From positions 157 through 64,156 of the forward strand of contig LCCV01000005.1 in the NCBI GenBank assembly GCA_000998135.1: a DNA stretch of 64,000 bases, written 5' to 3'. The DNA is from Parcubacteria group bacterium GW2011_GWA2_42_14. Its GTDB lineage: Bacteria > Patescibacteriota > Minisyncoccia > Sungbacterales > GWA2-42-14. A program made the position numbers and the translations under genes. Shown piece by piece: positions 46,618 through 55,470 of the stretch. Numbering within the stretch: the stretch's first letter is position 1; each line of letters begins with the position of its first letter. The notes beneath the pieces are model-generated. The model was not told where the DNA came from and did no database searches. It saw only the letters and a list, made by a program, of their open reading frames with translations.

Positions 46618-46723
46618 ATCGCAAATCTTTCGCGAATTTTTATCACTAATTATCGCGAATCCTGCTTAAACGAATCGTTATTAGAGATTATTAGAGAATA
46701 AATTGGAGATTGATTAGTGATAA

Positions 46724-47713
46724 TCAAAAGCCGACTAACTGTATCTCCTCCTCCAAAAAAATATTGTATTTTGTATGAACACGCTCTTTTATGAGCGCAA
46801 TCAACATCCTAACTTCTTCCGCAGTACCTCCCCTCTCATTAATAATATAATTAGCATGTTTCGGCGAGACATAAACCTTGCCTATTTTTTTATTTTTGAG
46901 TCCGGCCTGGTCAATAAGGTAAGAAGCGGGCAGAGTCGAACGATTTAAAAATTGTTGAAGGTCGATAAATTCTTTAAGCACGACCTGTTTATTTTTAACA
47001 TCCTCCCAGGGGATGTTTTTAAATATACAGCCGGCTGATTTTGTTCCGATGTCCTGCGTTTCACTTCTATGAGTCGTATATTCAAGGATTTTTTTTCGCG
47101 ACGCCCAAAGGTCTCCCGGCGGAAGAGTTAAAACCGCGGAAACAATTACAAAACTTGAAGAATGTTTAAAATAGGAATCGCGATAGTGAAAATCACATTC
47201 GGTATTGGTAAAAATTGATTTTTGAAAATCCTTGGTATTAATCGCCCAAACCGTATCAACCACATCTTTCATTTCGTTTCCAAAACACCCGGCGTTACCG
47301 CGGACAGAACCGCCGATTGTTCCCGGAATGCCAATTCCCCATTCAAATCCGCCAAGGCCGGCTTTTATTGATTCGTTAACAACTCGGGCCATGGAAACGC
47401 CGGAACTTGAATAAACTTTCTTATCCTCAATCCTCAAATCCTGCAAATCCATTTTTATAACCAATCCGTCAAATCCTTTGTCCGAAACAAGAATATTGGA
47501 ACCGGAGCCCAGAATAAAAATGGGCAATTTTTTATCCTTGGCCAAGTTCAAAACTTCTGACAAATCATCCTCCGATTTAACCACAACGAAAAACCTTGCC
47601 GGCCCCCCAATTTTAAATACGGAAAAGTCAGAAAGATTTATATTTTCCTTTATTTCTACAGTCATATTTCCAATATACTGATACGCGATAATTAAAATAC
47701 CCTTCCTGAACAT
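46724..47713 (-). CDS. murB: UDP-N-acetylenolpyruvoylglucosamine reductase
   Basis: FAD-binding PCMH pattern KIGGPARFF ... LGSGSNILVSD. Confidence 0.85.
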   Translation of the reverse strand: MFRKGILIIAYQYIGNMTVEIKENINLSDFSVFKIGGPARFFVVVKSEDDLSEVLNLAKDKKLPIFILGSGSNILVSDKGFDGLVIKMDLQDLRIEDKKVYSSSGVSMARVVNESIKAGLGGFEWGIGIPGTIGGSVRGNAGCFGNEMKDVVDTVWAINTKDFQKSIFTNTECDFHYRDSYFKHSSSFVIVSAVLTLPPGDLWASRKKILEYTTHRSETQDIGTKSAGCIFKNIPWEDVKNKQVVLKEFIDLQQFLNRSTLPASYLIDQAGLKNKKIGKVYVSPKHANYIINERGGTAEEVRMLIALIKERVHTKYNIFLEEEIQLVGF

Positions 47714-48023
47714 GGCGAAAAGGGGGTTTAACTCTCCACCGCCGCTTCGCTTTAGCGGATTGCTATTTGTTCCTTAAATTTTACCGTATGTACACGATAA
47801 AATTTCAGACAAACAGGGAACAATACTATTGTCTTTACCCCGTTACTTTCCTCCAAAAAGACCGTGATAAGGTTTAACTCCAATTCTATTGTCTTTATGT
47901 GAGTGCCTGTTATCACTGCCTATCTAGAGAAAGTAACGGGGTTTATGTGAATGCCGGCCATTATCACCCAATTCAAAAGGGGTATATATTAAATATAAAG
48001 CAAAAAATACAAACTCTGCAAAT

Positions 48024-48046
48024 GAAAAAGCGGCATTTCTGCCGCC
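48024..48046 (-). terminator. Rho-independent terminator of nadC
   Basis: Minus-strand sense GCGGCAgaaaTGCCGC followed by TTTTT. Confidence 0.6.
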
Positions 48047-48094
48047 GTTTAAATTTCCGCGTTTATCCGCATTGCTATCCCCCGGATTGCAATA

Positions 48095-48946
48095 CTATCC
48101 GCGTTTACCCGCTTCTACAATTATCATATGCATCTTAATCGGACGCGCTCCGAGAATCAAAGAACTAAGCGATATATAATGAACTCCGGTTTCGGCGACT
48201 TCTTTTAAATCTTCGCCGCCGATGCCTGACGCCTCAAGCGTAACCAGGCAACCCGCCCTGTGAACCGCTTTCTTCATTTCATCAATTGACATATTATCCA
48301 GAAGAATATAACGAATCCTTCCGTCTCTTACAACTTCTTCCAATTGTTCCGAATTTTCCACTTCAACTTCAATCTCGACAAGATGAGATTTTTCTTCCGA
48401 GGCCTTATCAATCGCCTTTTTAATACCGCCGTAAATTTTGATATCCTCTTTTTTAATCAAAATTCCGGCATATCTTCCCGGGCGGTGATTATGAGCTCCG
48501 CCGACCTTAACGGCGTATTTTTCAAACGCCCTAAGTCCGGGCAAAGTTTTTCTCGTATCCAATAGTTTGCAATTTGTGCCACTAACTTCATTTACTTTCA
48601 TTCTGGTATTGGTCGCGATACCGCTTAAATGGCCAAGAAGATTCAAAACAATTCTGATGCCGTTTCGCAAAATTTCTTTCTCCACCCTGAATTCCGCCAA
48701 AACATCACCGGACGAGAATAATGTACCATCGTCCAAAAGCTGAACCATGTCTAAAAGATGAACGTCATACTGGGCCAAAAGGTCAAAAGCCGGCTTAATC
48801 AATCTTCCGCCGCAAAAAATTCCGACGTCTTGGACGACAATTCGGACGGTAACATATTCAGGATTCGGTCCGGGATTAACTTCCAGCGACCCCAAATCTT
48901 CCGACAAAAACTCTTCAAGCTTTCTTCGGATATAAATTTCGTTCAT
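48095..48946 (-). CDS. nadC: Nicotinate-nucleotide pyrophosphorylase (quinolinate PRTase)
   Basis: LLDTRKTLPGLRAFEKYAVKVGGAHNHR. Confidence 0.9.
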   Translation of the reverse strand: MNEIYIRRKLEEFLSEDLGSLEVNPGPNPEYVTVRIVVQDVGIFCGGRLIKPAFDLLAQYDVHLLDMVQLLDDGTLFSSGDVLAEFRVEKEILRNGIRIVLNLLGHLSGIATNTRMKVNEVSGTNCKLLDTRKTLPGLRAFEKYAVKVGGAHNHRPGRYAGILIKKEDIKIYGGIKKAIDKASEEKSHLVEIEVEVENSEQLEEVVRDGRIRYILLDNMSIDEMKKAVHRAGCLVTLEASGIGGEDLKEVAETGVHYISLSSLILGARPIKMHMIIVEAGKRG

Positions 48947-48963
48947 GGCTTTTTCTCCTTTCC

Positions 48964-50070
48964 CTATACGATTGACAGCATGCGCTCAATCGGTTTTCTG
49001 GCACGTTCCGCAAGATCGCGGTCAACGGTAATTTCATACTTAAGGTCGCGAAGCGACTCATACACTCCGCGAAGCGTATTTTGTTTCATAAAAGCGCATA
49101 CTGCTTCGGGATTTGCCGGAATAAGCTTTTTTTCCGGAGCGGCTTTTGACATCGGATGGATATTACCGATTTCGGTTGCCACGATTACCGTTTGTTCAGG
49201 GGTTTCCCTGACAAACTTAATCATGCCCTGGGTTGAACGAAACTGCATCATCTCTTCCGGCACCATGCCGCTCGCAATCTGGCGCATGCACGCGGACGTG
49301 CATCCGCACTCGGGATGAATAACCGCGGCGGCCCCGGGATGAAGCCTACGCTGTTCCTCAACATGATGCGGCTTGATGCGGTCGTGCACATGGCAGGCCC
49401 CCATCATAAGAAACAAGCGGTCAAGCGGCTCGCCCATTTTCTCAAGAAGTTTTGCGGCATAAAACCCGAGATACACATCCGGCAGAAAAAGAATCGGACG
49501 GCCGGGTTCATGTTCAATCACGTATTTTATGACCTTCGCGGAATTTGCCGAAGCGCAGCAATAATCGCTTTCCGCTTTCACGTCAACATAGGTATTAACA
49601 TAACTTATCACAACCCCATCGCTGTGTTCACGCTTCCAGGCGCGGATTTTATTGACATCCGCATGCGCGGCAAGAGAACAAAGCGCTTCCAAACTCGGCG
49701 CAAGAACTTTCTGGTGCGGCCGCGCCATTATCGCCAAAATCTGATTCATGAAAAGCACTGCGGCTTCGCACAATACATCGGCATCCGAAGCCGTGCCCTG
49801 CTGGGCAAGATACAATGAATCGCCGATTGCATCGGCAACATCCTGCACGTCAGGCGGCATGTAATTATGAGCAAGAATCAGGGCATTTCGTTCTTTCTTA
49901 AGCCGCGCTATTTCGGCCCGCAAAAATTCACGCTCTTCCCGGGAAATATTTTCGGGAAACGCGCTCGCGGGAATCAACGGAACTTCAATAGGAGGGCTTA
50001 AATCAACCTCATCCATTAACGCGATTGCTTCACGCGCGGGAAAAATATCGCCGGCCATCACGTCTTTCAT
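48964..50070 (-). CDS. nadA: Quinolinate synthase A
   Basis: ILAHNYMPPDVQDVADAIGDSLYLA. Confidence 0.9.
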   Translation of the reverse strand: MKDVMAGDIFPAREAIALMDEVDLSPPIEVPLIPASAFPENISREEREFLRAEIARLKKERNALILAHNYMPPDVQDVADAIGDSLYLAQQGTASDADVLCEAAVLFMNQILAIMARPHQKVLAPSLEALCSLAAHADVNKIRAWKREHSDGVVISYVNTYVDVKAESDYCCASANSAKVIKYVIEHEPGRPILFLPDVYLGFYAAKLLEKMGEPLDRLFLMMGACHVHDRIKPHHVEEQRRLHPGAAAVIHPECGCTSACMRQIASGMVPEEMMQFRSTQGMIKFVRETPEQTVIVATEIGNIHPMSKAAPEKKLIPANPEAVCAFMKQNTLRGVYESLRDLKYEITVDRDLAERARKPIERMLSIV

Positions 50071-51440
50071 TATTTTTCCTCCTTTTTCCGGGTTCCGAGG
50101 TCTTTTTCAAACGTTTCGTAATCGAAATAATATTTTCCCCGGAAAAACTTTACTATTTGTTCCGCATCGCGCTTGCCGTTTCTAATGCATACCGAAGCTC
50201 CCGGAGAAGGGGTGGTGTTAAAAATACAATTTTCTCCCACAATCGTCTTATCACCCATCTCGAGTTCCCCCGTATCAAGATTGACAATCTGCGGACGGAT
50301 TCCGCCAACGCCCTTGCGGATTTTAAGGTCAGCGTAACGGATAGTCGGAATAATGACCCGCGCTTCCCGCAAAAAGAAGAATTTCCCGACAACCGGCAAA
50401 CTATAAACCATATTCCTGAATACATAGCCAAAGAGATTATTCTTACAGATAATTTTCGCAAGGCACCATGCCCCGCGCAAAGAAACAATCGGCAATCTTA
50501 TAAAATCAAAAAATGTCTCATAGTGATGGCGCTCCATCAGCGGAAGCGGTTTGGTGGTGGGGCCGAATCTTGTAACTCTTTGATTCAAAACATCCGGGTC
50601 GGCGTGAATTTCGGCAAACGGCCTTCCTTCAACCTGCACCCGGTAAACTTTCCCGTTAACCAATTCGGGTGCGGAAAAGAAATCTCCGGCAACCAACAAA
50701 AGGCCCAAATTCAATCCATATCCGAGTTCTTGCGCAAAAAGCAGACTGTAGGAACCGGCGGCAAAAACAATCGCCTCCGCAACGAATACTCCATCATTTG
50801 TTTCAAGAACATAAACGCCGCCTTCTCTTCGAACGGATTGCACTTTCACATTAAAGAAAACATCAAGATTTTTGTTAACCATTTTTGCGTCGTCAAGAAG
50901 AGACTCGGAAAGTTTCTTATAATCTACGGCATAACCTTCACTCGAAACCATGGCGCATACCGGCTCGTCCGGGTTGCGTCCTTTCATGACCATCGGCTCT
51001 AGAGTAGCAAGTTCTTCCGGGCCGATAAGACGAATGTCTTCATAATACGGGCTGAATTTTTCAAACCTGTTTTTAACTCTTTTGACTTCACCCGCTCCGA
51101 CAGCCAGCACCATCCGGTGTGTTTTTTTAAAAAGGCCTTTGTCCTTTCGCGCCTCCACATAACATCTTAAGGCAACAGCTCCGACTTTAACCTCAAGCGC
51201 GTGGGCAAGACCGTAATTTGTTTCAGTTCCGCCGTCATGTGATGTTTGAGCATTGTTGAGCGGATGAGAATTAACTTCGGCCGCGCCGGAATTCTTCTCG
51301 AGAAGAGCTATCTTTTTTCCGGTGGAGTGGTCCGCCGAAGATTTAACATAAGCGCTTAAAACATAAGCTAACGCCGTACCTGTTACCCCGCCACCCACGA
51401 TAATAACATCAAAAACTTTGGATTCTTCCGCTTTTTTCAT
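50070..51440 (-). CDS. FAD-dependent oxidoreductase, L-2-hydroxyglutarate oxidase (LhgO)-like, sitting in the NadB position
   Basis: FDVIIVGGGVTGTALA dinucleotide-binding fold. IALLEKNSGAAEVNS and C-terminal NTTPSPGAS resemble LhgO. Overlaps the nadA start by 1 nt. Confidence 0.6.
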   Translation of the reverse strand: MKKAEESKVFDVIIVGGGVTGTALAYVLSAYVKSSADHSTGKKIALLEKNSGAAEVNSHPLNNAQTSHDGGTETNYGLAHALEVKVGAVALRCYVEARKDKGLFKKTHRMVLAVGAGEVKRVKNRFEKFSPYYEDIRLIGPEELATLEPMVMKGRNPDEPVCAMVSSEGYAVDYKKLSESLLDDAKMVNKNLDVFFNVKVQSVRREGGVYVLETNDGVFVAEAIVFAAGSYSLLFAQELGYGLNLGLLLVAGDFFSAPELVNGKVYRVQVEGRPFAEIHADPDVLNQRVTRFGPTTKPLPLMERHHYETFFDFIRLPIVSLRGAWCLAKIICKNNLFGYVFRNMVYSLPVVGKFFFLREARVIIPTIRYADLKIRKGVGGIRPQIVNLDTGELEMGDKTIVGENCIFNTTPSPGASVCIRNGKRDAEQIVKFFRGKYYFDYETFEKDLGTRKKEEK

Positions 51441-51511
51441 TTTTCAAAGACCTCCTGCCGTACCCGATCACGCTATAAGCGCGATTTAGGGCCGACTTAG
51501 TGTATATCTTA

Positions 51512-51540
51512 CACTAATTATATTATACTCCCGCCCCATA
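51512..51540 (-). promoter_or_regulatory. Consensus sigma70 promoter of the oxidase-nadA-nadC operon
   Basis: Minus-strand sense TTGACA-(17 nt)-TATAAT, then the conserved ATAATTAGTGTAAGATATA, then GGAGGTCTTTGAAAAATG. Confidence 0.75.
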
Positions 51541-51716
51541 TCCGTGTCAAGTAGAAGTAGATAGATAAAAACAAAAAACCGCCCCTAGACCGACTCCGCT
51601 ATATGTGGAGTCTATGTCGGGCGGTTCAATTGTAAAAATTTATTCTCCTTCGCCGAATACCGACCGGCTTGCTGGTCGGAGCTTCATCTTAAATCGGCAA
51701 ATACGAAAGGCCATTT

Positions 51717-52784
51717 TCACTCGCCATCCGGCAAATCCCTGACCGCATCAACTAATTTATCCGCCAAAGATACAATATTTTCATAATCTTCAAGCTCCCG
51801 CTTCCACTCATCGGGAATTCCGCTTAAACCTACTCTGGTTCCGACCAAAGCTCCGGTCATAGCCGCGATGGTATCGGTATCGCCTCCGGCATTGGCTCCG
51901 GCAAGGACCGCCGAACGAAAATCATCCTGATATTTAATGGCATAAGCCAACGCAGTCGGAAAACTTTCATAAACTGCTCCGCCAGTCTTTAAAACATCCG
52001 CAATTAATTCATCTGTGGCTCCAAGCAATGGGGGAATTTTTGCAAGAATTTCTGAAATTTTTGGCGTGCCGTCCTTAACGTAAGGTATTTTAATAACCAA
52101 ATCTTCATAATATTTTGCCTGCTCATATATCCAGGAAAAATTATCTTCGTTTCTTAAATCCCAGCCAAATAAAAACAAACCGGCAATATGCGCTTGCAAC
52201 ATCGCTCCGACAACGGAACGCGAATCATTGTGCGTAAGCATGGAAACCATGATTACTAATTCTTCTTCATCGTATTCGCCAAAATCTTTATTAAAGAGCG
52301 CGCCAAGATCGGAAAATATCCCAAGTATGGCGCTTTTCATGGCGCAGCCGTTGCCAGGACGCGTTGGAAATCTTCCATCAAAAGGATTATTACCTTCCAT
52401 ACGCGCAGTTAATGATTCGCGCGTAGTTTTCCCAAATCCGCGTTTTTGATGTTCCTCGAGCGCTTGGATATAATTTACAAACATTGCCAAGCCAACTACG
52501 TATAAATTCCCAAAAGCATTGCTTTTTACCGACTCAATCAATCCGCCGACAGTAGCAATAGTTAATTTCGTATCATCGGTCCACTGGCCCTTGGCAAGTC
52601 CTCGTGAAAAACGCGATTGCGAATCGCAAAAACCGATAATTCTGCCAAAATTCTTCAGAATATCCTGGCGGGTCATTCCTTCGGAAGGCATGCCTAATGC
52701 ATCACCAACAGCAATGCCAACCAGGCATCCTCTTACCGAATCACGAATTCCGACAAGATTGTCTTTTTCCGCATTTTTTGCCAT
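51717..52784 (-). CDS. ADP-ribosylglycohydrolase (DraG/ARH family)
   Basis: GCLVGIAVGDALG ARH signature. Start is taken at the internal ATG (MAKNAEKD) because the ORF-track TTG start lies inside the -35 box. Confidence 0.7.
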   Translation of the reverse strand: MAKNAEKDNLVGIRDSVRGCLVGIAVGDALGMPSEGMTRQDILKNFGRIIGFCDSQSRFSRGLAKGQWTDDTKLTIATVGGLIESVKSNAFGNLYVVGLAMFVNYIQALEEHQKRGFGKTTRESLTARMEGNNPFDGRFPTRPGNGCAMKSAILGIFSDLGALFNKDFGEYDEEELVIMVSMLTHNDSRSVVGAMLQAHIAGLFLFGWDLRNEDNFSWIYEQAKYYEDLVIKIPYVKDGTPKISEILAKIPPLLGATDELIADVLKTGGAVYESFPTALAYAIKYQDDFRSAVLAGANAGGDTDTIAAMTGALVGTRVGLSGIPDEWKRELEDYENIVSLADKLVDAVRDLPDGE

Positions 52785-52823
52785 TTTCAAAGACCAGTTT
52801 GGTTTATATCTTACACTAATTAA

Positions 52824-52850
52824 ATTATACTCTTCAACATTTTTTGTCAA
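52824..52850 (-). promoter_or_regulatory. Consensus sigma70 promoter of the ARH gene, twin of the nad promoter
   Basis: Minus-strand sense TTGACA-(15 nt)-TATAAT, then TTAATTAGTGTAAGATATA. Confidence 0.7.
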
Positions 52851-52889
52851 CCCATTGCAATTTTGATAAAAGAATGATAAAATAGTAAT

Positions 52890-54428
52890 ATGCCTTACGC
52901 TATAAAGGAAACGAGGACTGCTGTGTCTAAAACCGAATCACTTCTCTATCAGACGTTCAGTCGCTTAAATATCGGAATGCCTGAACAAACTTCGATTCTC
53001 TTGTATCTTGACATCATTAAACGCAGAGACCCCGCAACATATTTTCACTCACTTCGCGTCGGAATTCTGGGTTCAAGTATGGCAAACCACCTCTCACTCA
53101 ATCCTAAGCCCCTTTTCTATGCAGGACTTCTCCATGATATCGGAAAAGCGCTAATAGACCCACATATATTAAGAAAAACAAAGGGATTTAATAAAAAAGA
53201 TTTTGAAGAAATTAAACCTCACCCGCTATATGGTTATTTTATGCTTCGCGACATCCACGATTTTTCTGCAGAAATTTTACTTCGTCATCACCGATTTGGC
53301 CATCACCCCTATCCTAAAAAATTACCAAAGTCTTCAGCGCCATATGGTAAAAAAACGAAAAAACTTATTGAAAAATATGCCCGTCTCCTGGCCCTGGCCG
53401 ACTTTTATGACGCTCTAACAACAAGAAAAAACGATAAATTCGGGAAACAGCATATTCGTCCAGGAGAAATAAAAAATATTCTTATTTTTTACAATAGGGA
53501 CGTGCAGGGAATCATTGAAGAATTATTCCGGAAAGGTATATTTACGGAAATACCCTCTTCCGTTTTTGCAAAAAAGGAAATTCTTCCTTATCTTTCTCTC
53601 AACGAAGAGATTAAAAATATTCTTTTGTCTGCAGAACATTCTTTGAATTTATCGGAAAGAATTGCTCGTAACGTTGCTTTAGCAGCCGCACTTGAACCAA
53701 TCCCCGATAAACCGGGTGCTACCACCCGCCTTCAAGACATAAAGGAATCAAAAACTTTAGAAATGTTTGTAAGCGGGGGTGTCAATATCGGCTTGGCATT
53801 CTCCCACCTTGCCGACTACATTCAAAAACACAGAACAGCCGAGAGTTCATATCAATTTTGCTATCAAGCAATGGCGCTTAGCAAAATACGAAGGGCCGGC
53901 GGAAAAATAAATCAAGGAATCATTGAATTTTTATTTCCCATCGCAATCGCACAATCAATGCATGATCCAGATTCCAGAAAAAACATTTTATGGATTCTTG
54001 AAAAAACGAAAGATGTACTTAAAGATACAACACCAGCAGACGTTGCCTGGCTAATCAAAATGAAAAGGTTGGGAAATCGGCTAAGCGCAGTTGAACATAA
54101 GTATCCGGTAAAAGTGCGCAATACTAGTAATGTCTTTAACTATTATTACCAGGAGCTTCGAGATGAGGAAAAGAAAAGAAATACTGCCGGCATAATACAC
54201 AATCGCCAATTTGTCCTCGTCTATCCTGACGTAAAACGAGGGCTCGATGCTTTTCTAAAAAGCAAAGAGCCGAAATTCGCAAAAAGGGTTATTGAGGCTT
54301 ACGAAGCCATAAGAAACAACCCGAACAACATGCGCATTGGGCCGGGACTTGCTTCAGACTTTATTGCCATTATTCTTTATCTTGTATTTTCTTACTCCGC
54401 ATCACCAATTGAGGAAATCATAAATTAA
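52890..54428 (+). CDS. HD-domain phosphohydrolase (HD-GYP-like) with C-terminal domain of unknown function
   Basis: HSLRVG ... GLLHDIGKA HD motif. HHRFGHHPYP resembles a degenerate GYP loop. Confidence 0.55.
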   Translation: MPYAIKETRTAVSKTESLLYQTFSRLNIGMPEQTSILLYLDIIKRRDPATYFHSLRVGILGSSMANHLSLNPKPLFYAGLLHDIGKALIDPHILRKTKGFNKKDFEEIKPHPLYGYFMLRDIHDFSAEILLRHHRFGHHPYPKKLPKSSAPYGKKTKKLIEKYARLLALADFYDALTTRKNDKFGKQHIRPGEIKNILIFYNRDVQGIIEELFRKGIFTEIPSSVFAKKEILPYLSLNEEIKNILLSAEHSLNLSERIARNVALAAALEPIPDKPGATTRLQDIKESKTLEMFVSGGVNIGLAFSHLADYIQKHRTAESSYQFCYQAMALSKIRRAGGKINQGIIEFLFPIAIAQSMHDPDSRKNILWILEKTKDVLKDTTPADVAWLIKMKRLGNRLSAVEHKYPVKVRNTSNVFNYYYQELRDEEKKRNTAGIIHNRQFVLVYPDVKRGLDAFLKSKEPKFAKRVIEAYEAIRNNPNNMRIGPGLASDFIAIILYLVFSYSASPIEEIIN

Positions 54429-54508
54429 AAATGCTACAGGTAATATGCAGCGTTTTATATTTGGATAATTAATGCTATATCCGTACAAAAAAACCTATGC
54501 TATAATTT

Positions 54509-55387
54509 TTGTATATGTCTAAAACACCTTTTAAAAAAATATCCTTTTATTACCGCGGCTCCAACCCGAGAGCGCCCGTCTGGGAAAAACGCATAAAATC
54601 ATGGATTAAAAAGCGCTATCCGGAAACTATTTTTCTTGAAACCGGCATTTTCCCCAAACAAAAAAAAGATGCTCCCAATCTACTTATCGTTCTTGGCGGA
54701 GACGGCACCATTCTTGAGGCCAGCCAAAAATATCAAAAATGGAATTCTCTTATTTTCGGCCTTAATTTAGGCCATGTCGGTTTTTTAGCTTCAGTCCGGG
54801 AACCGAAAAATTTTCTTTCCGGAATTTCCAAAATTTTCAAAAAAAAGTACCGCGCTCTTCCCCGCATGCTTATCAAAGCCGTTATTTACCGGAAAAATAA
54901 AAAAATATTTTCGGCTTATGCCTTAAATGACGTTGCCGTGCAAAACCTTCTAGGAATGGTTGACATAGAAGTTTTTGTTGATAACCATCCGGTGCAGTAT
55001 ATTCACGGCACGGGAGTATTAATTGCCACCGCTACCGGAACAACCGCTTACAATCTTTCAGCCCACGGCCCCATTGTCATGCCGGATATAAAGTGTCTTA
55101 TTATTACGGAGCTTTTGGACCATAATATCCCGACTCCAAGCTTAATTATAAAAAGAAACAGGAATATAATTTTAAAAATAAAGGATTTCAGAAAACAAAA
55201 TCGTTTCATTATTAAAAAAACCGGCGAAACGGCAGATGTCGTCCTAACCACGGATACGGAAAATATAATCTCCCTGCAAAAAGGAGATAAAATAATCATC
55301 AGGCGCTCGGAAAGACTGGTGCGATTCGCCGAACTTGAAAAAAACTACTTTTTCAAAAGCTTGCAGGAAAAATTCGCTTTCCGCTAG
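54509..55387 (+). CDS. nadK: NAD+ kinase
   Basis: LLIVLGGDGTILEAS, NDVAV and GTGVLIATATGTTAYNLSAHGPIV. Confidence 0.85.
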   Translation: MYMSKTPFKKISFYYRGSNPRAPVWEKRIKSWIKKRYPETIFLETGIFPKQKKDAPNLLIVLGGDGTILEASQKYQKWNSLIFGLNLGHVGFLASVREPKNFLSGISKIFKKKYRALPRMLIKAVIYRKNKKIFSAYALNDVAVQNLLGMVDIEVFVDNHPVQYIHGTGVLIATATGTTAYNLSAHGPIVMPDIKCLIITELLDHNIPTPSLIIKRNRNIILKIKDFRKQNRFIIKKTGETADVVLTTDTENIISLQKGDKIIIRRSERLVRFAELEKNYFFKSLQEKFAFR

Positions 55388-55470
55388 AGTAATCGCGAAT
55401 ATACGAATTTCTTTTCAATATACAAATATACGAATACATAAAAATAGGCCCTGCGGCCTGTTTTTAAAAA

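Noticed and set aside
52785-52850. ORF-track start of the ARH gene at 52850
   Set aside because: The codon is TTG and coincides with the -35 hexamer TTGACA of a consensus promoter. The internal ATG at 52784 follows the conserved GGTCTTTGAAAA leader.
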